Origin: a virus
Lineage: Duplodnaviria > Caudoviricetes
Virus record (IMG/VR): IMGVR_UViG_3300030099_001111
Location: 1-52,426 of that record
DNA length: 52,426 nt
Strand: one strand, 5' to 3'
A model generated the notes under the pieces. The model did not search any database and was not told where the DNA came from. It saw nothing but the letters and a program-made list of their open reading frames with translations. A program made the translations under genes and the position numbers. Of the stretch, positions 9,330 through 17,616 are shown one piece after another (positions within the stretch are counted from its first letter, which is position 1; each line of letters begins with the position of its first letter).

Positions 9330-10196
9330 TTATCTTTGAACTCTTCCTTCAAACATGGCTTGACTAATTTCGTCTTCGTATTTGTCAAATTCATCCATGC
9401 TCATGGAAGAAATCTCCTTAGTAGTCCAGACTTTCTCTTGCTTAGGCTCAACACTTGTTGTTTTAGTTGAGACCATATCAGCAGCAGAAGTCTTAGATTT
9501 TTTAGAATTTGACTTCTTTGGTTTTGAATCTATACCAATATCTCTTTTAAATAAATCAATAGCTCTTGAAGCTAGGTCAGCATCATCAGCATTTTTGTAT
9601 ATCCAATCTTGAATAGACTTAGGCTGAGACTTTGCCCAATCGTGAAAGTCATCACTGTTTCTGATATCTTCAAAATCAGGATGTCTGTCATTCAATCGTT
9701 TTTCAGCATCTTTACGAACAAGTTCTTTTTCTCGTTGTTGAAGAGCTTCTAATCTTTCTTCTAAAACTTTAGATTTCTCTGAAGCTTGAAGATGTGAAAC
9801 TGTTTCAACGACTTCATAAACATCTGGATATTGTTTCTTAAATTCTTCAAGTTCTTCTTGAGATTTAGGAGCTTTATAGGTTTGTCTATTTTTAGTAGCT
9901 TCTTCTAACAGCTCTTGTTCTCTTGACTTAAATTCATTAAGTTTAGCATCATAATGTTTTTTTAAATCATCGTATCGCTTTTTGTAGTTTGGTCGCTTGT
10001 AAGGTTGGTCTTTAGGACTTTCCTCAGCAGCTTCTTGTTCTACAGGTTGCTCTACATTATCATTTGATTTTGCTTTATCAGGGTCGCTAAAAAACATCCC
10101 ATCAGCAGCTTCAAATGCTTTATCTTCTTCGTCACTATGCCATGATTTTTTTTCGTTATAAGGATTGGCAGTTTCCTTTTTTACTTCAGTAGTCAT
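9330..10196 (-). CDS. Capsid scaffolding protein
   Basis: Acidic coiled coil, YKKRYDDLKKHYD and HPDF..I..S..F..W motifs, C-terminal ..EGRV; directly upstream of the capsid gene. Confidence 0.85.
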   Translation of the reverse strand: MTTEVKKETANPYNEKKSWHSDEEDKAFEAADGMFFSDPDKAKSNDNVEQPVEQEAAEESPKDQPYKRPNYKKRYDDLKKHYDAKLNEFKSREQELLEEATKNRQTYKAPKSQEELEEFKKQYPDVYEVVETVSHLQASEKSKVLEERLEALQQREKELVRKDAEKRLNDRHPDFEDIRNSDDFHDWAKSQPKSIQDWIYKNADDADLASRAIDLFKRDIGIDSKPKKSNSKKSKTSAADMVSTKTTSVEPKQEKVWTTKEISSMSMDEFDKYEDEISQAMFEGRVQR

Positions 10197-10211
10197 ATTC
10201 TTTCTCCTACT

Positions 10212-10325
10212 CAGGGCTTCATTTAAAGGTAGCTGCGTGTGTCGACTGTGCAGTGCTTTACTTGTAAAGGTAGCCTTTCGGTTAATATAATGATAAGGTG
10301 CTTATGACAATAAGGTAGCCTTATC
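10212..10325 (-). promoter_or_regulatory. Three repeated stem-loops in the 5' leader of the scaffold gene (candidate cis-regulatory RNA)
   Basis: Units 10292-10325, 10252-10275 and 10212-10235 each read stem-CUAC-CUU..tetraloop..AAG-CA/CC-stem. Confidence 0.7.
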
Positions 10326-10331
10326 TCCTAT

Positions 10332-11009
10332 TTAGCTTACGGGTGAAGGCTTACCTGTCATCATTTTACGAGTTCGTATTTCTTCGACTAACTCTTCTTC
10401 CTCTTGCTGAGTTGCTTGAGGTCCTAAAGTTTCTCGTTGCACACGAATCTCTTGTTTGACAGGCTCTGGTTCAGTTGGTTCAACCATAAAAGTTTCACCT
10501 TCTTCCAGTTCGCCTCCATAAACTAACTGTTGTCTTTCATCTGCCTTAGCTTCAGCTTCTTTCATCATTGACATTAAATTGTCAGCTCCGATTTCTTCCA
10601 CAGCTTTGGCAGTGAAGACAAATTCTCCGTCAGATAACCTTGCGGGTATACTGTCAGAGACTCCTGAACCCGGACCTTCAACAGGACCAGACCCAGCAAA
10701 TTCTTGAGCAACATCTACAACTTTGTCAAATAACATAGCTAATTGCTCATCTTGTTCTAGTTTTTCTTGAAGCATATTTTCTTCTTCATCAGTTAATGCT
10801 TCATCTAAAATAAAGTCTAAATAATCTTCTTCCATTTCTTCGTCAGAGACCATTTCTACTTTTTCTTTTGGTTTCATTAAAATAGCCATTTGACTATCAA
10901 CATCACCACCTATTTGTTTTTTTAATCTTAATATTTTAAAATCTTCAGCAGATATCTTGCCATCATCATTGACATCTATTTTCTTTTGATTACCTACTAA
11001 TTCTTTCAT
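10332..11009 (-). CDS. Acidic virion-associated protein
   Basis: EF-hand-like DVNDDGKISAEDF and GPGSGVSDSIPARLSDGEFV motif typical of phage virion proteins. Confidence 0.7.
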   Translation of the reverse strand: MKELVGNQKKIDVNDDGKISAEDFKILRLKKQIGGDVDSQMAILMKPKEKVEMVSDEEMEEDYLDFILDEALTDEEENMLQEKLEQDEQLAMLFDKVVDVAQEFAGSGPVEGPGSGVSDSIPARLSDGEFVFTAKAVEEIGADNLMSMMKEAEAKADERQQLVYGGELEEGETFMVEPTEPEPVKQEIRVQRETLGPQATQQEEEELVEEIRTRKMMTGKPSPVS

Positions 11010-11185
11010 TATTTCTCCTTTGCTCTTCCTATATTAAGGGCAAACCAATCAATAACTTTGTAAGCTTTACTTACTAAATTATCATCATGTGGAGTTGGGG
11101 TTAAAGCAGCTATCATTGAACAGATTGAAACTATCCAAGGTACTACTCCTACTATTTTTAATATTGTATCTAATAAATCTAACAT
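11009..11185 (-). CDS. Small membrane protein, holin-like (58 aa)
   Basis: Not in the ORF track; MLDLLDTILKIVGVVPWIVSICSMIAALTPTPHDDNLVSKAYKVIDWFALNIGRAKEK; RBS upstream. Confidence 0.7.
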   Translation of the reverse strand: MLDLLDTILKIVGVVPWIVSICSMIAALTPTPHDDNLVSKAYKVIDWFALNIGRAKEK

Positions 11186-11422
11186 TTATTTCTCCTCTTC
11201 TTTTCTATTTAAAGCCTCTTCAACTTGAAGGGGTAATTGCTCTATTCGTACCAGAGAATTCACTTTCCCCTGCAACCGGAACATTTCCGATTCCGATGTT
11301 GCCACCACCAGTCCCTGTAGGTCCAAGGTCTTGAGGTTTTGCAGGTGTTCCAGCAAGGCTTCCCATAGGACCTTGTCCTTCACCAGCAAGTTCAGCTTCC
11401 GAGCTAACGTTTTGTCCAGCAT
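11186..11422 (-). CDS. Small helical protein overlapping the 3' end of the portal gene
   Basis: ATAGGA RBS; EMFRLQGKVNSL motif typical of the small post-portal gene of podoviruses. Confidence 0.65.
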   Translation of the reverse strand: MLDKTLARKLNLLVKDKVLWEALLEHLQNLKTLDLQGLVVATSESEMFRLQGKVNSLVRIEQLPLQVEEALNRKEEEK

Positions 11423-13406
11423 TTTGCATTCCTATTATTTGTGCCATCATAGCTGCTTCTTCAGGGTCATTCAGAATTTCATCTGGGTCTAAATCCAAGC
11501 TATAGGCAAGTTCACTAACCAATTTAGAAATCTTAACAAAAGGAGCAATAGCTGGACTTTGTGCAGTTTGTAAGAACATAGTAAGTCTTTGACTTCTGAC
11601 TTCTTTTTGCATCAAGCTATTAGTACCCGTTGCTTTAACTTCTAAATCACCTTTCACATCTAACGAGCCTTCAAAGAACTGCATGTTCCATTGAAAGAAA
11701 GCTTCGCCTAATGGTCTTAATAAAAAGTCATCTAAGTTTTTAACGACTGTTTTAATATTTAAACTAGAAGCACCTAGTAACATTGACATACCAGAAGCAG
11801 TCCTTGTCATACTTTGCACACCAGTTTGACCATGTGAATATGATGGTATACCGGTCTGTTCGTCAGCAAGTTGTCTAAACTTATCGAACATCATCATATT
11901 CTCTGGAGCAGTGTTTGGAAACTTTAAACCATGTATGGCTTGTCCCGGCATTCCAGCTTGTCGCCTGAATATTTTACCCGGATATATTTCCATAGACTGT
12001 CCGCCAACTAAAGCTGATTCATCTACATCAAAGACGAGAGAACCAGCCATTGCTAGATTATCAACAGCCATCCTTGCATGACCATTCATAATCTGTTGAG
12101 AATCATCCATGTTTTCTGCTACTCCAATACCAAAGAAATTATATGGATTTCTTTCATAAGGAAAAGCATGATAAGGTATTCTGTATGGAGTAAATGGGTT
12201 TATTACAGCTCTTAAGAGTTGATTACCACAAATCCATGCATTAATTTGCACCTCATCTAAATCATCTATACTATCATCTAACTCAATACCAACTTCTCTG
12301 GCATACTCGGCATCCATAATACCCCAGTACTCCATGACTTCAAAGTTAGTTTGGTAGTCATCTTGTCTAGCATCATCTTTTAATTGACTTTCAAAATCTT
12401 TTTCTTCGTAGTTAGGACCTTCCATTAAACATGCTCTAATAGCATCTTCATCAAAGTAAGGCATATTACGAAGTTGTCTTAATTGTGATTTGTTCATTTT
12501 ATGTCTATGAACAATGTATTCACATTCTTCTATGCTAGTAGCTGAAGGGTCTGGATAAAAGTCCCAGCAACTAACAAATTCTATTCTTGGTACTCTAACT
12601 TCTAAAGGATTATAAGTTCTTTCACCCTCATCTGACATGTCCCATTTATTAAGTTTTTTATTAAAGTTAAAAGGACCTTTAACGATACCGGTACCTAATA
12701 AAGCAGATTCTAATAAAGAACTTCTTATTTCTGATGAACCTTTAGATTCATCTATTTGGTCATGGATAAGTTTTTCCATTCTTCTCGCAGCTTTCTGAGC
12801 TGGTGAGATTTCTAAAACTTGTGGATTTGGATTATAACCTTCAACTAAGTTATCTTCTACTTGGTCTTCTAAAGACTCGCTGAACATACCTTTACCAAAA
12901 GTAGCTCCAGCTTTTAAAACTTTTCCATCACCTTCATAACCAACATCATAAGGGTTATCTATTCTATTGCCAATATCATCAGGGATAGAAGTTTCAAGAC
13001 CAACAGAAGGATTATTAATATCTAAATGAGCTGCATCTAACTCACCTTCTGGTACTTTAGTTTCTTGAATACCAATAGGAAATTTACCTGTGCCAAAAAT
13101 AACATCAACTAATTGTCCATAGGCAGCTAGGACTTTAGTTTTAGTAATTTTAACAAAGATACGAGATTTTTCTGAATCTCTAAACTTGACTGATTTACTA
13201 TAAAGACCTCTATAGTTTTCGTAAGCTTTAAGCCATCTTCTTTCATCAGTGTTACGAGCATCTTCAGCTTGATAAAAACGACTTTGAATGATACCGACTA
13301 AGTTTTGTTTTTGATTTAATTCTAAATCTAAGGTTTTACCAGCTTCGCCCTCAACATCATTATATAGATTGTTAGCTGTTAAAAATGTATTTTCGTTATC
13401 TGCCAT
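11220..13406 (-). CDS. Portal protein
   Basis: 728 aa; DFYPDP, FFGIGVAENMDDSQ, RTASGMSML motifs; directly after TerL. Confidence 0.9.
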   Translation of the reverse strand: MADNENTFLTANNLYNDVEGEAGKTLDLELNQKQNLVGIIQSRFYQAEDARNTDERRWLKAYENYRGLYSKSVKFRDSEKSRIFVKITKTKVLAAYGQLVDVIFGTGKFPIGIQETKVPEGELDAAHLDINNPSVGLETSIPDDIGNRIDNPYDVGYEGDGKVLKAGATFGKGMFSESLEDQVEDNLVEGYNPNPQVLEISPAQKAARRMEKLIHDQIDESKGSSEIRSSLLESALLGTGIVKGPFNFNKKLNKWDMSDEGERTYNPLEVRVPRIEFVSCWDFYPDPSATSIEECEYIVHRHKMNKSQLRQLRNMPYFDEDAIRACLMEGPNYEEKDFESQLKDDARQDDYQTNFEVMEYWGIMDAEYAREVGIELDDSIDDLDEVQINAWICGNQLLRAVINPFTPYRIPYHAFPYERNPYNFFGIGVAENMDDSQQIMNGHARMAVDNLAMAGSLVFDVDESALVGGQSMEIYPGKIFRRQAGMPGQAIHGLKFPNTAPENMMMFDKFRQLADEQTGIPSYSHGQTGVQSMTRTASGMSMLLGASSLNIKTVVKNLDDFLLRPLGEAFFQWNMQFFEGSLDVKGDLEVKATGTNSLMQKEVRSQRLTMFLQTAQSPAIAPFVKISKLVSELAYSLDLDPDEILNDPEEAAMMAQIIGMQNAGQNVSSEAELAGEGQGPMGSLAGTPAKPQDLGPTGTGGGNIGIGNVPVAGESEFSGTNRAITPSS

Positions 13407-13410
13407 TTAT

Positions 13411-15186
13411 TTAATATCCAAAAGTAGAATCAGAAGGTTGATGCATTTCTTTTTTAAGACCTCTAATTCTTTCTAATGGGCTGTCCACTCTTGGACGACT
13501 CATTATCATATACCGCAAAGCATCGTATGCGTGGTCAGAGGCATGGGTATCTACATCCTCTGGGTTGGTTTTTGATAGTGGTATACTTTGTAACTCTCGT
13601 ATTAAATTTGGGCAAGTGTTAAATATTTGCAGTTTTGGTCTACCGTTTTCTCTAACCTTTAGGAACTCGTGTATTTGAATTTTACCTTGAATCCTATTCT
13701 TATCAGCTCGTCTTAATTTATGACCAGCTCTAATTAAAGCTTCCCCGACAGTGGGACCAGTAGTACCTGTTCTAGCCCATGCTGCTGTATCTAACACACC
13801 TGAGACCGAAAAAGGGTCTTCAAGCTCCATATTTCCTATTATAGCTCCTAATTCTTCTCCTGTCAAGCCTTTACGGTATAATTCACGGTATATTATGAGG
13901 GTGCCATCATTCATGTCTATAGCTCCCCACAGGCAGCAGGATTCAGATGCATAACCATAGTCAATACCCTTAACTCTTTCCCAGTGTACTGGAATCTGAA
14001 ATGGAGTTACTATATGTTTAGTATTATCAAATTCAACAAAGGCTGCACCTTCGGCAACTTCCCAGTTTCCTTCTAATAGTTGTCTTCTTTGGATAGGCGG
14101 TAAAGACTTTAGCATTTGTTCATAAACACCATCTTTAGCTAAATAAGGGTTATCTTGTAATTTAGCAGGAATAAATTTTCTAGTTAAACCATCTGTACCT
14201 AAAAAGGAGTTATTAGCTTCGTGTGGTTCTATATATCTTTTTTTAACCCAACTAGCACCAGCTCCTCCGGGGTTAGCAGTGCAACGTAGATAAGTCTTTA
14301 TTTCAGGGTCAGTAGTTCTTAGACGAGATGCTAGGTAATTCCAACTAAACTCAGTAGGGAGATGTGTGATTTCATCAAAGCCAATCCAAGAATAAGCTTG
14401 ACCTTGGTATCGGTACACATCAGCATCTCGTTCCAAGAAACCAAATTCTATTTTAGCACCACTAGGAAAATTCCACAACTTTTCTACTTCTCTAAACTTA
14501 GCACCCGGGAATGCTTGTGGATAAAGTTCCCGAGACTTGTCTATCATTTCTCTAAGTTCCGGCATAGACCTTCTAAGTATTAAAGCTCTATGGGCTTTTT
14601 TATGAGCATACCTTAAGGGGTCAACTAACATAGCATAAGATTTACCACCACCTGCTGCACCGCCATAAAGCACATCTTTTTCATCGGCAGCTAAAAAATC
14701 TGTTTGTGGTCCTTCATTAGCTGAAAAGATTACTTTAGCATCTTTGAGTTGTGCTTGAACATCAACTGGCACTTTTGCTAGTTCTGTTTCAGTAACAACA
14801 TGCGAAGTAGTCTGCTCAGTAGCTTTTTTCATAACTTGCTCTTGAGCTTTAACCGCTTGTTCTTTTTTATAAAGGGATTTTTTTTGTCGAGCTAGTTTGC
14901 GTTTTTTAGCCGCTATTTTCTTTTTATGTTGTTCGGCTAGAGAAGGGTCAGAGTCTAAATAGTTCTTTAGGGTAACGTGAGAAACACTACGACCTGCTTC
15001 TTGGGTAATAAGTTTAGCTGCTTCTCGTAGAGAATACTTTTGTTCCGTAACACCTTTTAGGTATTTCTGTAGAGCTTCTAGTTCTTTGGGGATGGGTTTG
15101 AGATAACCCTCAATGTCACTAAGTTCATAACCAAAAGGAATGGTATGACTTTTTTTAGGTAAATAATCTGCTGGTATCTTTGTCAT
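13411..15186 (-). CDS. terL: Terminase large subunit with an N-terminal PFGY/HTH-like extension
   Basis: Walker A YGGAAGGGKS, Walker B WIGFDE, TANPGG, RNase H-fold GIDYG...DHAYDALRY. Confidence 0.93.
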   Translation of the reverse strand: MTKIPADYLPKKSHTIPFGYELSDIEGYLKPIPKELEALQKYLKGVTEQKYSLREAAKLITQEAGRSVSHVTLKNYLDSDPSLAEQHKKKIAAKKRKLARQKKSLYKKEQAVKAQEQVMKKATEQTTSHVVTETELAKVPVDVQAQLKDAKVIFSANEGPQTDFLAADEKDVLYGGAAGGGKSYAMLVDPLRYAHKKAHRALILRRSMPELREMIDKSRELYPQAFPGAKFREVEKLWNFPSGAKIEFGFLERDADVYRYQGQAYSWIGFDEITHLPTEFSWNYLASRLRTTDPEIKTYLRCTANPGGAGASWVKKRYIEPHEANNSFLGTDGLTRKFIPAKLQDNPYLAKDGVYEQMLKSLPPIQRRQLLEGNWEVAEGAAFVEFDNTKHIVTPFQIPVHWERVKGIDYGYASESCCLWGAIDMNDGTLIIYRELYRKGLTGEELGAIIGNMELEDPFSVSGVLDTAAWARTGTTGPTVGEALIRAGHKLRRADKNRIQGKIQIHEFLKVRENGRPKLQIFNTCPNLIRELQSIPLSKTNPEDVDTHASDHAYDALRYMIMSRPRVDSPLERIRGLKKEMHQPSDSTFGY

Positions 15187-15197
15187 AACTAAAGCTG

Positions 15198-15237
15198 GAC
15201 TTTCCAGATATTAAGATGGAAAAACATCCGGAAAGCC
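15198..15237 (-). promoter_or_regulatory. 15-bp RNA hairpin just upstream of the terL start
   Basis: GGCUUUCCGGAUGUU pairs with AAUAUCUGGAAAGUC; three G-U pairs work only on the - strand. Confidence 0.55.
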
Positions 15238-15249
15238 TCTTACGCTGAC

Positions 15250-15411
15250 TCAGTCTTTCGACTTCGTACTCTGATTAAAAATAGCATCCCAGTTTTTAGC
15301 AAACTGTACTTTGTCTGGAATAGGTCTAGGTCTAGAACCTTTACCTACTCGACCACCATTTTTTTTGTTAGTCATTAAAATTGGTTTTTCGTTGCTACCT
15401 AATTGAGACAT
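15250..15411 (-). CDS. Small basic protein (GKGSRPRP...NWDAIF type), 53 aa
   Basis: Not in the ORF track; MSQLGSNEKP...GKGSRPRPIPDKVQFAKNWDAIFNQSTKSKD. Confidence 0.65.
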   Translation of the reverse strand: MSQLGSNEKPILMTNKKNGGRVGKGSRPRPIPDKVQFAKNWDAIFNQSTKSKD

Positions 15412-15412
15412 T

Positions 15413-15700
15413 TTACCATTTAACTTTGTCAGCCCAATAAGCTGCGGACATTTTTCCTTTGTTAATATTTCTTCTATGACGAGCTTTAAAAGATTTACGT
15501 TTAGCTGTCATTCGAGCTGATTCACCTTCTTTTCTTTTACCTGCAGTCTTAGCACCTTGTTGACCAAAACGAATAGTTTTAATTTTATCGCCTTCTTTAG
15601 CTACCACGATATGTGATTTCTTAGGATGATTAGGAGTTCTTTTAGGTTTATTAAAACCACTAACTCCGGCTCGGGCTAATCTAGGGTCTTTTTTACTCAT
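15413..15700 (-). CDS. Small basic phage protein (KxIRFGQ...RKSFKARH...SAAYW type)
   Basis: Lys/Arg-rich with a recurrent phage motif; in the packaging operon. Confidence 0.75.
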   Translation of the reverse strand: MSKKDPRLARAGVSGFNKPKRTPNHPKKSHIVVAKEGDKIKTIRFGQQGAKTAGKRKEGESARMTAKRKSFKARHRRNINKGKMSAAYWADKVKW

Positions 15701-15948
15701 TAGGATGTTTTTCTATAACTTCTAGTTTTTCTAGCTATTTTTTTAGGTTGTTTAGAATGTTGTTTACCTTTTTTAGTATCTTTACGTTTTTTTCTAGAAG
15801 TAGCTGCATACTCTGCTGGGGTTAAAGCTGCAATAGCAGCTGAAGGTAGATAACGTTCACCTGTTTCACTAGACTTTTTACCTGATTTAGTTCGCCACTT
15901 CTGTTTAGTCCAATTTCTAAGACTTCTTTGTGACTTTTTTAGTGCCAT
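15700..15948 (-). CDS. Small basic protein, DUF5872-like C-terminal half
   Basis: SLRNWTKQKWRTKSGK...ERYLPSAAI..LTPAEYAAT..KK....KGKQ. Confidence 0.7.
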   Translation of the reverse strand: MALKKSQRSLRNWTKQKWRTKSGKKSSETGERYLPSAAIAALTPAEYAATSRKKRKDTKKGKQHSKQPKKIARKTRSYRKTS

Positions 15949-16225
15949 GTTTCTTCCTTATTGCTACTTTGCCTTGCTGGGCGATTTTCGCCTGTTGCGT
16001 TTTACCGGCAACTTTCGCCCTTTGTTCGAGGACCGTGAGGATTTGGATTTTTCTTGCGAAGGGCTTGTTAATTTTTTTAACTTTTGCCACAGTTCTTCGA
16101 GCATCTGCTGGGGTTTTAAAAGCAATACTGACAGTATCTTTGGGGTTTTCATCTGTATATAATCTCCTGCTACTTCCTTTAGGTTTTTTACCCGTGCCAA
16201 CTTTCGGGTCTCTTTTTTTTGGCAT
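15917..16225 (-). CDS. Small basic protein (LYTDENP type)
   Basis: RRLYTDENPKDTV...KIQILTVLEQRAK; coupled to the upstream gene. Confidence 0.7.
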   Translation of the reverse strand: MPKKRDPKVGTGKKPKGSSRRLYTDENPKDTVSIAFKTPADARRTVAKVKKINKPFARKIQILTVLEQRAKVAGKTQQAKIAQQGKVAIRKKHGTKKVTKKS

Positions 16226-16422
16226 TATTTATAACCACCACCTTTAGCTTTATACTGCTTAGCTAACATCTGAGCCTTTCGAGCTGACCACTGACCGGGC
16301 TTACCCCCTTTAGAACCAGCTTTAATCTTATTAAAAAGATTTTTACGCATAGTAGGCTTAGTATAGTTACCAGCTTTATTAACGGTTGATTTACGTTTCG
16401 ATTTACGTTTCTTGGTTGTCAT
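16225..16422 (-). CDS. Small basic protein, DUF5872-like N-terminal half
   Basis: NYTKPTMRK...KGGKPGQWSARKAQMLAKQYKAKGGGY. Confidence 0.75.
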   Translation of the reverse strand: MTTKKRKSKRKSTVNKAGNYTKPTMRKNLFNKIKAGSKGGKPGQWSARKAQMLAKQYKAKGGGYK

Positions 16423-16807
16423 ATTCTACATCTATAGTTTGTTTTTCAGGCAGAATAAAAATCCCACCTTGCACATTATGGTTGACATCTACTCGTTCTG
16501 TTTTACCTAATCCGACTCTATCAAGCACTGTTTGAGCAGCTTGAAGCTTGACACTGGCTTGAGGTATTGCATCTGCAGCTGACATGACTTCAACGAGCTT
16601 AAAAGCTGCTTTAGGTGCTTCCCTTGCTAGTACATTCGAGGCTAATTCGACTATTTCTTCTTTTAAACTCTTTATAACTTGGTAGTGATTTCCTGAGTAT
16701 CCGGCAAGTTCGGCAGATAGTTTTAAATCTCCTTGGGTTGTAAGGATATTATCTAAAAATAATTGCTGTTTATCGGTTAATTTTCTTACTGTAGGTAAAC
16801 TACTCAT
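16403..16807 (-). CDS. terS: Terminase small subunit
   Basis: LTDKQQLFLD...SAELAGYS HTH, KLQAAQTVLDRVG, GGIFILPEK; start revised to ATG 16807. Confidence 0.8.
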   Translation of the reverse strand: MSSLPTVRKLTDKQQLFLDNILTTQGDLKLSAELAGYSGNHYQVIKSLKEEIVELASNVLAREAPKAAFKLVEVMSAADAIPQASVKLQAAQTVLDRVGLGKTERVDVNHNVQGGIFILPEKQTIDVEYDNQET

Positions 16808-16814
16808 ACATCTT

Positions 16815-16842
16815 ATTATAAAGTTTGTCAGGCTTTTGTCAA
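16815..16842 (-). promoter_or_regulatory. Sigma70 promoter for terS and the structural operon
   Basis: TTGACA-16 nt-TATAAT, with 7 nt between the -10 box and the terS ATG. Confidence 0.8.
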
Positions 16843-16867
16843 GTTTTGTGATAAAATACCTAAAGAC

Positions 16868-16896
16868 TTGACAAAGTGCTAATCTGGGTGTATAAT
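16868..16896 (+). promoter_or_regulatory. Consensus sigma70 promoter divergent from terS, firing into non-coding DNA
   Basis: TTGACA-17 nt-TATAAT. Confidence 0.8.
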
Positions 16897-17039
16897 GACA
16901 TTGTAGGTCGCCCGGGTTGAATAGTAAGGAACCAAAAACAACACTTGCTAGACTAAATAGAACTAGATAGACCTGTATAGACCTGTGTAGCCGAGCAGTG
17001 TAGGGGTCTAGCCTCTGTCTTAACACTGTAAAACCTGTA

Positions 17040-17565
17040 AAAATGTAGAAGCACTAGTATATATACAGGGGACTGGGGGGGTGTCTCCTGCCCGTGGGTA
17101 CTCAAAAGACTTCACAAGCCTATAAATAGAGACTTCACAAGCTTTTTAGACTTCAAAGGTCTTCAAAGTGCCATGAGGTAAGCTTTAACAAGCATACAGA
17201 GGCACTAAAGAGCCTTTAAATTAACCCTTTAGCTCCTCAAAGAACTTCACAGAACCTCACAAACTCAACAAAACTAGCAAGGGGTAAACCCTAGGCTCAA
17301 AGCATTTCAGAGCCTTACAAAGCCTTTCAGAGCCTCATAGATTTAAAATTATTAGAAGCATTAACAATTTATAGCTTTTCAGTCCGTTAAGTTAAAAAAA
17401 TAGTATTTATTAAAGTAAAAACATTGATTAGAAGCTTTATTTGCTCTTCTAAGACCTTTAAATATTTTTCAGCTATATAACCATGCCTTTTTATAAAAGC
17501 TCTTAAATTTAAAATTATAAAGCCTCAAGCCTATATAAACAGGTGAGGGGGGGTAGTAAATGAGG
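17040..17565. repeat. Non-coding region with short direct repeats and G-runs; candidate genome terminus/packaging region
   Basis: agacttcacaagc x2 (17107, 17130), agacttcaaag, tttcagagcct x2 (17305, 17325), G-runs near 17095 and 17547; next to terS. Confidence 0.55.
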
Positions 17566-17567
17566 GC

Positions 17568-17614
17568 AAAAAAAACCCCTCAATTAAGAGGGGCTACTTT
17601 GGGGATTAGTTAAA
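17568..17614 (-). terminator. Cassette hairpin terminator 1
   Basis: CCCCTC-AATTAA-GAGGGG hairpin with a U-tract on the - strand; shares ctactttggggattagttaaa with 17923-17943. Confidence 0.75.
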
Positions 17615-17616
17615 CT

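Noticed and set aside
9382-16247. Nested ORFs 9382, 11089, 13751, 14362, 15930, 15947, 15964
   Set aside because: Shadows of the scaffold, portal, TerL and basic-protein genes.
16808-17026. 73-aa N-terminal extension of TerS in the ORF track
   Set aside because: It spans two consensus promoters; the TerS-like sequence begins at Met 16807.
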